Shown one piece after another: positions 53,071-64,000 of a DNA stretch of 64,000 nt. The translations under genes and the position numbers were made by a program. Position 1 is the stretch's first letter; every line of letters starts with the position of its first letter. Source of the stretch: Heterodontus francisci (lineage: Eukaryota); contig NC_090372.1 in NCBI RefSeq assembly GCF_036365525.1, positions 33,289,437-33,353,436 on the forward strand, written 5' to 3'. The notes beneath the pieces were generated by a model, which saw only the letters and a list, made by a program, of their open reading frames with translations, searched no databases and had not been told where the DNA came from.

Positions 53071-54800
53071 ATGACAGAGGCAAGACACCAGGTGACCCTA
53101 CGGTTTAGCGATGCCTCTCTGGAGAATCTTCTCCAGGCTGCAAGGGAAAGGCATGAGGTCCTCTTCCCCAGTGATGGCAAGGACATGTCCTCCTGCCTGA
53201 CAAAGCAAGCCTGGATGGAAATTGCAGAAGAGGTAAGCAGCTGTGGGGTCACCGCCTCCTCCCCCCACCCAGCCCCCCGAACATGGGTCCAGTGCAGGAA
53301 GGGAGTCAACGACCTCCTTTGTTCTGCCAAGACGAGTGCTCCATATCTCTCCCCTTTTTGCAGATTGCATGTGGCTATGCAGGAGCAAGCGGGACATGGG
53401 CAGGGAGGCACCACAAAGTCGCTGGCAAAGGGAGTTAGATATCACCACATCCTGTCAAATGCATGGCTGCATCTTGACCAGATGACACCTTCTTTCACAT
53501 CTCATCCCTATTAACCCCCTGAGAGCTGACGTGAGGATGAACCATATAGGAAACTCCAGCAGAACTGTCCTGATGCTCTTTCGCCGATGTATGACTATCC
53601 CTCTTTCGACTTGCAGGACATGCTGTCCCATTAACAACAGGGAGACCTCGCAGACTGGTGGAAGAATTTCAGACATATGGCCACTCTCGACAGCTGAGAA
53701 TGAAGTACTGGAGTTGGTGGGGACCCAGGGTGGCCGCTCAATAGCGTATGGTGAGACTGGAGTCTCCATGCAAGAAGAGTGAGAATTGTCTTCAATTGAC
53801 ATACGGTTTACTTCTGGAGATCCACATCACACATGGATATCACGACAAGATCTGCATAGCCTAACTCACAGATGTCTGTGTTCTCTCATGCTGGTAGGCA
53901 TCCTCAGGTTACTCCAGCAGAAGGGGGACAGCAGTCAACCTCTGAGGAGGAGGAGCAGTTAGAGGATGCACCGTCACATGACTCTCCTGCACCTTACAGT
54001 GCAGATACTTTCACCTCAGTGGGTTTAGGCTCAGCTTTAGAATCAGGGTCACAAGCTGGTGACAGCGCTGCACACGCACCCGAGCAGCTGGCTAAGGCTG
54101 AGACAGCCGAGGCCTCTGACAGTCAGAGGACTGTGGGTGGCCAGTCCCATGCTGAGCCTCAAGCTCATGAGGAGTCTCTGGTGTCAACAGCACAAGGCAT
54201 GTTGGAGCTGCAGAGTGAGGTAAGGCAACATGTGACCGAGATGTCAGATGCAATGCGCAATCATGAGCGGACGATGGAGGAGTCCATCCGTGCCATGAGT
54301 GCTGCCATGTCTCAGGCATGTGAGCACATGGCTTGTTCCACGGAGAGCCAGATCCCACAGTTGCACACAGACATGCACACCATCGGCTTGGCCATGAGCT
54401 CAACGCAGCAGAGGCAAGGCGAGAGAAGAACGTAACACCTGGAGTCATCTCCAGCTCCTTGTCTTCTGGTCAACATAAGCCTTGAAAGGGAGGAGGAGAG
54501 GCTGACCACCACAGCTGGGTGCTTCTCTCAGGCTGTTCAGAGTGTGGATAGTGGCCCCTCAGTCCCTCCGCCAGTGAGCCCAGCTCCAGTAGCCGTGACG
54601 CCTGAGGAAAGTCTTACACCTGTGCAGGAAACCCTCAGGTAGCTGGGGCCCTCCAGGCCTCAGGCAGCTAGAGGACACTTGCCAAAGTCATCACAGGCCA
54701 AGGGGTAGCCTGATCAGCAGGCTGCCTCCAGCCCAGCTTCTTACACAGGAGTCACACCTCATGGAAGCACTCTAAAACATATAAAGACCACCTAGACACA
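53071..54800 (+). pseudogene. Harbinger Myb/SANT-like DNA-binding protein (spliced, degenerate)
   Basis: RFSDASLENLL...KQAWMEIAEEVS...RTWVQCRKGVNDL; second exon with SQTGG at ~53616-53778; third exon ORF 53872-54435. Confidence 0.78.
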
Positions 54801-55109
54801 CTTGGGGTTTCCTGAGTGTTTGACATTTGCCATTTGTTTTGTCATAAAGTTTTCTTGTTTTTGAAATTAACATTCATTGTGGAAAATGCTTATTCTTTCA
54901 TGCTTTAATCATGAGATGCTGACTTCACCCTTCTCCCTTAGTGGGCTGCTAGTGTAAGCACAGCCCTCCTTTGGTAAGTGTTTTACATGGGCCAAAGCAT
55001 ATAGTTAAGCTGGGGACTCGGCACAGAACCCAACAGAAAGGAGGTAACAGACAATGCACTGAGGTGAATCTTTATTGAATTCACTATGAAAGGCTATCAT
55101 GGTGGCTGG

Positions 55110-56200
55110 AAACAGGTCAGTTTGAGACTGTCTCCTTGCCTCCTTGGCCCGTCGCTCAATGTGACTGGCCTCCAGTGCAAGGGGTTTAACATCCAGTGCT
55201 GCCAGCTCATCACCCTCTTCCACATCCTCCTTGTTGGTCGAGGAGTGGTGATCAATCATGTCCTCTTCATGCAAGGCCTTCTCCCTCTGTCGTGCTAGAT
55301 TGTGCAGAGCACAGCAGAACACGACGAGATGCGAGACCCTCGCTGGGACATTCTGCAGGACTCCATCGGATCGATCCAGGCACCAGAATCTCAGCTTCAG
55401 CAGCCCAATAGCCTGCTCGATGGTCGCTCAGGTGGAGCCGTGGCAAGTGTTCTACCTCTCTTCTGCTGCAGTGCGAGGGTTCCTCACAGGCATGAGTAGC
55501 CATGTCTTTAATAGGTAGTCCTTGTCCCCAAGAACCCATCCCTTAAGGTGAGTGGGGAGAGTCTGAAAAGCTGTCGCACTTGGGATTGTCGAAGTATGTA
55601 GGAGTCGCGGCTGCTTCCCGGGAACCTGGTGCACACTTGTAAGAAATGCTTTCAGTGGTCGCAGACCAAATGAATTTTGATGGAATTAAAGCTGTTCCTG
55701 TTGATGAAGGCAGCTGGCTGGTCCATTGGAGCCTTGATGGCCACATTCTTACAATCTATCACACCTTGCACTTGGGGGAATCCAGCGATGGCCCCGAATC
55801 CGACGACCTTCTATGCTTGACTGTCAGGGTCAGTCATTAGCACACATAGCCACCAGTCCTCTTGAACAGGCATTGGTTACCTCCTTGATGCAGTGGTGGG
55901 CTGCAGCCTGGGAGACCCACGGATGTCCCTGGTGGAGCCTTGAAATGATCCAGATGCATAAACATTAAGTGCCACAGCAATCTTCAAGGGCATAGGGTGA
56001 CCACTGAATCCCATAGGTCGCAACTCGCCCTGCAGCATGGCACATAAGTCGGTGACAGCCTCCCCCGGGACCCAGAGAGTTTGCTGACAATGCCACTGAG
56101 ACATCTGGAGGTAGCTGATTCAGTCCAGTACATTCTCTGGCACAGGTGCATCCTTCTTGGCACGGTCGGCTGCTGCTGCTCTTGTTATGCAGCTTCACAG
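55110..56200 (-). pseudogene. Harbinger DDE transposase (HARBI1-like), frameshifted
   Basis: ALNVYASGSFQ, AGFPQVQGVIDC, PGSSRDS, WVLGDKDYLLKTWLLMP and IEQAIGLLKLRFWCL motifs occur in order. Confidence 0.88.
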
Positions 56201-57637
56201 ACAGGCGCAGCTGCCTCTTGGCTCTGCCTCTGTCAGGTGCGCTACATCATGCCACAGGGTCCATAAAGACCGGGTGTATGAGACTTCTACCAGGTGATCA
56301 GTAGGCCTCCACAGCGCTGTCCTTGCGGAGATGAAGTTGCCTTGGCAGCTTTGCCTTTGCTACTCCTCTCGACTTCCTTCCTAATGGCCCTCACTGCCCA
56401 CCCTTCCTGAGAGTCAACCCTCTCACCCGATAATATGGCCACTTGGGCAGATCACCCAGCAACATGCCCACCCAGGCAGAGTTGACATGAGTGCAGGCTG
56501 ACAATGTCCTCCACACTGCACCCCCACCCCCCCACAGCTGCCTTCCCCTATCACTGCATTGAGATCTTGCCTCAGTGTGCACCTTTCAATGGCCGGGAAT
56601 CCAAAGGCATGTGAGGGCCACCCATCGTCCACTTTAATTCCAAGCACCCCACTGAATTGCTTTCAATTGTATGCCAATGTATTTTAAGAATCAGTTTAAC
56701 AATTTAAATTACACTCCCATCGTACTGGGGAGGCAAGGCCGACTTGGTGCTTTCCCGCCGTTGACTAAATCTGGAACCGACATCGGATTTCCAGGCGGTC
56801 GCCTCCAGTCCCGCTCCAAACAGCCTCACCAAATTCAGCCCATCATCCTGACTTAGATCTGGAGCGCCGCTATTTCACTGTCGCTGGGTCAAAATCCTGG
56901 AACTCCCTTCCTAACAGCACTGTGGGTATACCTACCTCACATGGACTGCAAGAACCAAGGAACCAAGAAGGTTCACCACCACCTTCTCAAGGGCAATTAG
57001 GGATGGGCGACAAAAGCATCAGTTTTTGAGTGTGTCTGAATGTGTAAAAGATACTCATTACTACAATTGTTGTTGATTACTGAAGTCACTGTGACTGTCT
57101 GGGATATCAACACAAATGCTATGACATTGGGAACTAGGCTGATGCTGCTCAAATGTTAGCCACCAGAGGGAGATTTTCATCTCATTCAAATCCCGGTCCC
57201 GAAGGTTAAAGGGCATTGCGCTACCTATTGTGCCTTTAAAAGTCATATTGTTAGTGTTTGCAGCACCTTTTAGTATCTGGGGAAGGTGCTATTAAATATA
57301 CCACCACATAAAACACCGACTGTGGAAGTAAATAAATTAGATTCAGGCATTGATTAGTACAGCATTAACAACCTGGATTAATTTCCCTAAATCATATCAG
57401 TGCAGTCGGAACAACTGCATGCACTCCATCCCCAATCTGGGAACTATTACCATTTTCGACCGAATTGTGTGAAAGCAAATTTAAAAAGCTAAATCATGCC
57501 CATCAGAATCAGATCTCTACTGACGGTGTGGGCATGTCCTGGAGGGCTATTTACTGTTAGTTTTCTGAGATGCCCTTGATTAAACCAGTGGACTTTGCTT
57601 CAGTAAAAGTTAGTAATCCTGTCAGCTATCTGTCTAC

Positions 57638-57721
57638 CTTATTCAAAACCCGATCGAAGCCGGTTCCTCCCGTTAAACCCTGGACGACCTGTCTGAGAAC
57701 GTTCAAGGACGAAGAAGCCAT
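57638..57721 (-). CDS. ACOT13: ACOT13 (acyl-CoA thioesterase 13 / THEM2) coding exon 1; full model 141 aa
   Basis: gccATGG context; MASSSLNVLRQVVQGLTGGTGFDRVLNK then GTAGAC donor; phase 0 joins exon 2. Confidence 0.88.
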
Positions 57722-57799
57722 GGCCTGAAATCTAGTGCAGGTTAAAGTTGCAGCTTCACAGACGACGGGAAGATTCCAGTTACAGACAGGTCTTTACTT

Positions 57800-57900
57800 G
57801 CAGCAGGTTATATTGTTACAGCGCCCTGGGTTCCAGCTCCTGCTGATTGGCAGCTCCTCCCCCGCGCTGGATCTCACACAGCGCTGCAGCTAAACTTCCT
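57800..57900 (-). promoter_or_regulatory. Candidate ACOT13 promoter
   Basis: CCAAT box (CTGATTGGC at ~57843) and GC box-like CTCCCCCGCG in a locally CpG-rich patch upstream of the ATG. Confidence 0.4.
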
Positions 57901-58054
57901 CAATCCTATCATTCCCCCTGCTAACACAACTCACTAACTTTCGTTCCTTGCAGCATTTTTGTTTTCGAACTGAGCAAGTTTTAGTCGATCTAAGGCGCAT
58001 TTTTAGCCTGTATATTAACTGAGGGAAGGGGAGAGTGGGGTAGACACAGCCGCC

Positions 58055-58690
58055 TATGTGTCCATCCCCCACCCCCCTGTGTGTCCATCCCCCTCTCTGC
58101 GTCCATCCCCCCTCCCCCTCTCGGCGTCCTTACCCCTCTCTCCTCTGCGTCCACCCCCTCCCCTTTCTGTGTGTCTATCCCCCTATCCATGTGTCCAGCC
58201 CTCTCCCCTCTCTGTGTCCATCCCCCTTTCCGTGTGTTCAGCCCCTCTCCACGTCTCTGTCCATCCCCCTCTCCCCCTTCCTCCAACCATGTCCATCCCC
58301 TCTCTCCCCTCTCTCAGCCAGGGACATAGGGGCAATTTGTCTGCATATAAAGTGTATAGCCAACCTAATGCCATCAAAACAATCCAATTTAAAACACATT
58401 TCTCTATTTTTAATGAGATACCTGGCATTGTTTTTGCTTGCACAAGTAGTCAATGTCCGCCCTCACATTTGGTGTAGCGAAGCAGAGAATTCAGATAGAT
58501 GTCCATATGACTGGAGTGATCGTGATCTCTCCCTCTCCCCTCTCTGTTTGACCATCCACCTCTCTGCATGACCATCCCCCTCTCTGCGTGACCATCCCCC
58601 TCTCTCTGTGTCCCTCCACCTCTCCCCTGTGTCCAGCCCCCTCTTCACTCCCCTCTGTCTGTCTCCCTCTCTCCCATCCGTGTCCATCCC
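58055..58690. repeat. Pyrimidine-rich degenerate minisatellite (TGTGTCCATCCCCCTCTC-like) with a core shared with the hAT element at ~11460
   Basis: Recurrent GTCCATCCCC units; ATACCTGGCATTGTTTTTGCTTGCA occurs at ~58419 and ~11462. Confidence 0.7.
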
Positions 58691-59725
58691 TGTTACGGCC
58701 CTCTTGCCCTTCTCTTATTTGATCGCAACAGGGTTTATTCCTTTTAAACAGTGCTTGTGCTTACCACCTCTGTGAGTGTTTTATCTTTTTCTTTTACTGT
58801 GATCTTAAAGAACCAATTGGACAGGTTTTCTTGAGTTTAAACAAGAAAGAGATAAGTTTGTTATACTTAACAATCTAACCCCGATTTAAAATAATAAGAA
58901 ATACACTACACACTCACGCACAAATTCATACAAGAATCACACACACACAATAGATTACAGAGGAAAAAATAGATTGGTGGTTGGATTAAAGTCCAGAATA
59001 AATGGAACATAAATATACAGTCTGTGAAGTGGATGTTCTGGTAGTCCTCTGGCTGAAGCTGTATTCCTGAAGTCCTCAGTTGGTCAAAGTGAACTTTGTG
59101 GTTGGCCTGCTTTCCTCGGGGTTTTCTTGAAGGCAGACTGGTAGGTGGCTCTCTTCCCCTGGTCTCTGGCTGTAGCAGTTTGTCGGCTTGGAGGGTCCAC
59201 AGTCACAGATGGTTTTCAAACTTGATGCTTTCTGGAGAGACAGAGAGAAAGGAAAGCAAACAGTGTTCTCTGCTGCTGCACTCTCAGTTACTGCTTGTTT
59301 TCTGTGAGTGTAACAAAACTCCCAGATTTTTCAGAGATGGACACATGGTCACATGATTCTCTCAATCCCCTTTGTTTTTAATGAGGTCCAAAGTCTAAAA
59401 CCCAAGAACTCTCTTCAGTGGGGTTATCAGTGTTAATCCGCTGGAGGGACGTCTCCACTTATGAATGTCTCAAGATAGCGCTGACTGTCCCGCTAATGAG
59501 GATGATCTGCATAATCTACTCAAATCATTGTTCTGGCTGGGCTTCTGGTTAGACTTTTGTCTCCAGTTCAATCTCCTGGTATTTCAGATGCAAATTGCAG
59601 TGGCCATCTTGGCTGCTAGTTTTTTTAAAAAGTTAGCTGTCGGACTTTTTCCATTAAAAGTGTAATGTAAGTTTCCAACTGATGAAATTAATATTCCTCA
59701 TTTAGCATATGGGGTTTTCTTGACA
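58691..59725. mobile_element. Probable solo LTR
   Basis: TGTTA...TGACA termini; flanks ATCCC / ATCCT; interrupts the minisatellite, which resumes at ~59730. Confidence 0.6.
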
Positions 59726-60292
59726 ATCCTCCTCTGCCGTCTCTGTGTGTCCAACCCCCCCCCCCCCCCCACAATGCCCTATTCCCCTGCTCTCTGAGCT
59801 GGTGCTTCTTTAAAGGGGTACCCAGCTCTCAGCGTGCTCCTTCCATGCTGTGCCTCTGGCTGCATGCAGACCCACTTCCTGCTGTCCTCTCAGCCTCTAT
59901 CTCTCTCTACCCCACAGTAGCCATTCCCTGAACCGCGCAACAATGGCAGGGGCGTTCAGTCCCAGCGCACCTCTGCCACAAACCACCAGTCGTCGTTCAC
60001 CCTGCCCAGGCTGCCTGCTGTCAGTCACAGATACTGTGCAATCATAGCCAGATGGTTGGCATCCGTCAGACGCAGATCCTGCCTCCGGCTGACATACACT
60101 TTAACAGTAAAGCCATCAATCAAAGCCAAGTCATGGGCAGCCCGGTGTCAGTCAATGAGGATGGCGAGCTGGACGGAAACCACGGACCTCAAAATTTTTT
60201 ACCACGAACACTGGTGTCTGTGTACAGACATGTTGTTGATCCTTGCCTGCAATTTCAGCACTCTCCAAAAACGTGTGAGGAAATTGGATGGT

Positions 60293-60740
60293 TTAGTTTA
60301 GTTTAGAGATACAGCACTGAAACAGGCCCTTCGGCCCACCGAGCCTGTGCCGACCATCAACCACCCATTTATACTAATCCTACACTAATTCCATATTCCT
60401 ACCACATCCCCACCTGTCCCTATATTTCCCTACCACCTACCTATACTAGGGGCATGTGGGAGGAAACCGGAGCACCTGGAGGAAACCCACGCAGACACAG
60501 GGAGATAAAAGCAAAATACTGCGGATGCTGGAAATCTGAAATAAAAACAAGAAATGCTGGAACCACTCAGCAGGTCTGGCAGCATCTGTGGAAAGAGAAG
60601 CAGAGTTAACGTTTTGGGTCAGTGACCCTTCATCGGAACAGACACGGAGAACTTGCAAACTCCACACAGGCAGTACCCAGAATTGAACCCGGGTCTCTGG
60701 AGCTGTGAGGCTGCAGTGCTAACCACTGCGCCACTGTGCC
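60293..60740 (-). mobile_element. HE1-like SINE interrupted by a 133-bp Penelope terminal-repeat insertion
   Basis: Near-identical to 316-673 apart from an internal deletion and the insert at 60506-60638. Confidence 0.85.
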
Positions 60741-61299
60741 ATGTGTGTGAATGTCAGGCTGTCTGTCCCCAGATTCTGCTTAGAAAATATGGTCACCCTA
60801 CAGTAGGAAGTTATTTACTCCTTGAAAGATAAGAAACTAAAATGGCATGGAGGAGCAAAGCAATCTAGAAATACAGATTCATAAATGACAAAAAATAGCA
60901 ACACAAGTTTATGAGGTCGGTCACAAAGAATACAAAATACTGAGGTTCATTTCTAGATGAATAGAATATGAAAGCAGGGAAATAATGTTAAAACTAAATA
61001 GAACCTTGGTTAAACCACACTAAAACAGATTATTGGGTCATTATCTCATTACTAAGTGCAGGAGTTTGCTGTGTCCAAATTTCCTACATTACGACGGTGA
61101 CTACACTTCAAAATGTGCCTCATTGGCTGTAGAATGCTTTGGGATGACCTGAGGTTGTGAAAGGTCTCTCAGGTGGATATAAACTAATCCATAACATTTT
61201 TTGAAAAAGAGGAGGGGAGTTCTCCTGGTGTCCTTGCCAACATCTAACATCATTAACATTATCCAGTATCACTACAACAGACAATGTAATGTAACGTGA

Positions 61300-62660
61300 A
61301 GATGATTAGGAATAACATTATTGTTCTGGATGATTTGGATCATAGATTTCTTGATTTTGGACAGAGAGGGAATGAATGGAGTAAAGGGAGTGGAATTTCT
61401 GAAATGTGTACAGAACTCCCTGTTCCAGCAGCACATTTTAAGGGCTACAAGGGGGAGGTGTTGCTAGATGTGGTTATCAGTAATGGATTGGATCAGGTAG
61501 ATGAGCCAAATGTGGGAGTAGTGACCACAATATGATAAGGTTTAACATCCAATTATAAAATGAATAGTCATTATAAAAACTAAAGCCCCAGACTGGATTA
61601 GGGCAGATTTTACAAAGATGAGGAGTGAGCTAGGTGAGGTGAGGTAGAAGGAGACATTTGCACACAGGAATGAGAACAACAGTGGGATATTTTTTAAAAG
61701 GTACAGAATAAGTATTTTCCATTACAAATGATGGAAATTACTAGTAGTTTTGGGATGCCATGGATAAATAAAGTTGTTAGAAACCAATTAAAGTTGAAGA
61801 AGAGGCCTATAAGAAAAAATGATGAAAAGGGAGACCATGAGAAAAAGAATAGGTTAAGAAAAAGACATGGAGGGAGTATGAAGAAAACTATTTCAAAACA
61901 TCATAAAGAATGGTAACGTTTTTTAAAAATCAGTAAACAGGGAAATGAAGGAGGAAATTGACGACGCCCAAGATATTTTTCAAAGCTCTATTGAGTGTGG
62001 ATGTGTACTGGAGAACTAGACATCGGACAATGTAGTACCCCTTTTATCAGAGGGTATCAGAGCTAAGTACAGGCCAGTTAGTTTAAAGTCTGTGGTAGGG
62101 AAAATTTTTGTCTTTAGTTAAGGATAAAGTTTCAATGTATCTAAATAAAGAGAAAATAATTAGAAGTACCAACATGGATTTCAAAAGATATGCTCTTATT
62201 TAACAAACCTCATAGGATTCTTTGAGGAGGTAATAGTAGATGGGGAAATGCAGTGGCTGCTGGTGTATTTGAAGTTTAGAAAAGCCTTTAACAAGGTACC
62301 ACACGGTAGATTATTAGGGAAAATTAAGGGCATTGAATTAGGAGAAGACAACATACTATTAAAAATTGGTTAGAGGGGAGAAGAGAGAGAGTAGGAGTTA
62401 AGGACATTTTTTCAGAATGGTTGTAAGTAGGTAGTGATTTCCCCACAGGGTTCAGTTCTGGGGTCACATCTGTTCATTGTGTATGTCAATGATTTGGATA
62501 TAAGCTTAGAGGGAGAGGTGTCAAAATTTGCAGATCATACCAAAATAAGAGAAATAGTTAATTTATTAGAAGACCAAAGGAAACCGCAAAGGAATATTGC
62601 TAAGATTGGGCAATAGGTTAAAAGGTGGCAGGAGGAATTCAGTGTTAGTAAATTTGAGGT
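61300..62660 (+). mobile_element. Old CR1 LINE ORF2 fragment
   Basis: YRPVSL, KAFNKVPHGRL, PQGSVLGSHLFIVYVNDLD, KFADHTK. Confidence 0.75.
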
Positions 62661-62998
62661 AATGCTCAAGAGGAGGGCACTAGTAGTGTAGCTCAAAAAT
62701 AAATTGAACTAAATTATAATTTTGTCCTCATCATTTATGATACAAGTAAGATCCTGTGGTATCTACCAGTCACAGAAGGCCTCGAGCATACTGGTGAAAA
62801 CTGTGTGATCTCTCTCCTGGGTGTACTTTAGGCCATAAAACAAAGGCAGGACGTCAGAGCGACCCTCCCTGTGAATCCTGGACGTGTGAATTTTGGCCAG
62901 GCCCTGGAGCAGAGCCATAAGATGATCCTCCAATCTGCCAGCTCTACCACACTCCAACACAGACCCCCACCCACACCGAATCTATCAGGTGGTCAATT

Positions 62999-63232
62999 GG
63001 GTTGCCAGCCCTCCAGGATTGCCCTGGAGTCTCCAGGAATTGAAGGTTAATTTCCTGAAAATTACTGTGAGCATTCCAGGATAAAAAAAAGAGCATTAAA
63101 AAAGTGCATCTCTTTCATTTTCTTTGAACATTTCTGTTTATGAGAAATATAAAAAATGCAAATGGGGAAGAATGGATATTTGACCAGTTTTATGTGGGGG
63201 GAATCATGTGATGAAATCAGAGTTGGCAACCC
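62999..63232. mobile_element. Small MITE with hAT-like termini
   Basis: GGGTTGCCA...TGGCAACCC inverted termini; TSD not evident. Confidence 0.45.
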
Positions 63233-63609
63233 TTGTGGTCAAAATTCAGGAGCATCAGGCTGAAGTGCTGCCAAAAAATTGAGGAGTGTCCCCTTTAATT
63301 AGTGGAACAGGGGCTGTAACCTTTCACAGTCCAAATAAATATGAAAACTTGCCAGCATGCCGCAGAAAGGGAGGTGCAGCGAAGGTATCGTGTTCGAATG
63401 AGTGTGAGCAGGGATCACAACAGCTCCAAGCTAAAAATGTCAGTCCCAGTGAGGGACATTTGAAAGTTTGTGCTATGCTGCAGTCTCCCTGCTGATGGGG
63501 CTAGAGAGTGACCGGAAACCAGAGACTACCCCGCCCTCCTCCTCCAATCACCTTGGTAATGCTGAGAGTGCGCAGTCCATGTGTCCGGAGGAGGGGGATG
63601 GAATCGGAA

Positions 63610-64000
63610 TAAAACAAAAACAAGAAATGCTGGAAATACTCAGCAGGTCTGGCAACATCTGTGGAGAGAGAAGCAGAGTTAATATTTCAGGTCAGTGTCC
63701 CTTCATCAGAACTGGCAAATATTAGAAATGTAATAGGTTTTAAGCAAGTAAAGCGGGAGTGGGGCAAGAGATAACAAAACGGAAAGTGTTGATAGGCCAA
63801 GGTCACAGAGAATAACTGACCAGAAGGTCATGGAGCAAAGGCAAATGGTATGTTAATGGTGTGGTGAAATACAAAGCGTTAGTACAGAGAGGGTGTTAAT
63901 TGATGGAAAAATGAACAGCTCTGGCCCCAAGCACAAACATGAAAAAAAACAGTGGGTAGGCACAGTAGAAACAAACTAAACAAACTAAAATAAAATTAAC
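63610..64000 (-). mobile_element. Penelope-like element 3' end (runs off the window)
   Basis: Reverse complement of 52250-52620. Confidence 0.82.
63677..63713 (-). ncRNA. Minimal type I hammerhead ribozyme motif
   Basis: Minus strand reads AGTT CTGATGA A GGGAC ACT GACCT GAAA TA TT AACT: stem I AGUU/AACU, core CUGAUGA and GAAA, stem II hairpin, palindromic loopless helix III. Confidence 0.62.

Larger units (their letters stand above)
52714..56841. mobile_element. Full-length but decayed PIF/Harbinger DNA transposon in ACOT13 intron 1
   Basis: TIRs GGACTGAATTT (52714) / AAATTCAGCCC (56831-56841); 3-bp TSD ATC on both sides; two convergent genes. Confidence 0.88.

Noticed and set aside
55110-56200. 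Domesticated HARBI1 gene
   Set aside because: Frameshifts and stops, plus enclosing TIRs and TSD, show it is a transposon copy.
58056-58571. Pro/Cys-rich ORFs
   Set aside because: Translations of a pyrimidine-rich minisatellite.

Overview
Eukaryotic, repeat-rich vertebrate DNA, most likely a cartilaginous fish (shark), inferred from the HE1-like and DeuSINE-like repeats and abundant CR1. Three spliced host genes were reconstructed by hand with canonical GT-AG boundaries: GMNN/geminin (minus, 6 coding exons, 216 aa), C6orf62 (plus, 5 coding exons, 230 aa) and ACOT13 (minus, 3 coding exons, 141 aa). Their order and orientation match the human ACOT13-C6orf62-GMNN cluster as I recall it. GMNN and C6orf62 are divergent, with CpG-rich promoters about 2 kb apart. 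Much of the remainder is mobile DNA: a near full-length CR1 LINE (TAATG stop-start coupling, splice signals in its 5' UTR), a complete but decayed 4.1-kb PIF/Harbinger transposon with TIRs and a 3-bp TSD in ACOT13 intron 1, Penelope-like elements, hAT and Harbinger MITEs, SINEs, L2 fragments and probable solo LTRs. The most interesting signals are: five copies of a minimal hammerhead-ribozyme motif in Penelope terminal repeats, one of them as a 133-bp solo insertion; a uORF- and splice-site-dense C6orf62 leader with a perfect-Kozak 49-aa hydrophobic ORF; and a LINE apparently headed by a tRNA-derived SINE. All calls are by eye; no searches were run.
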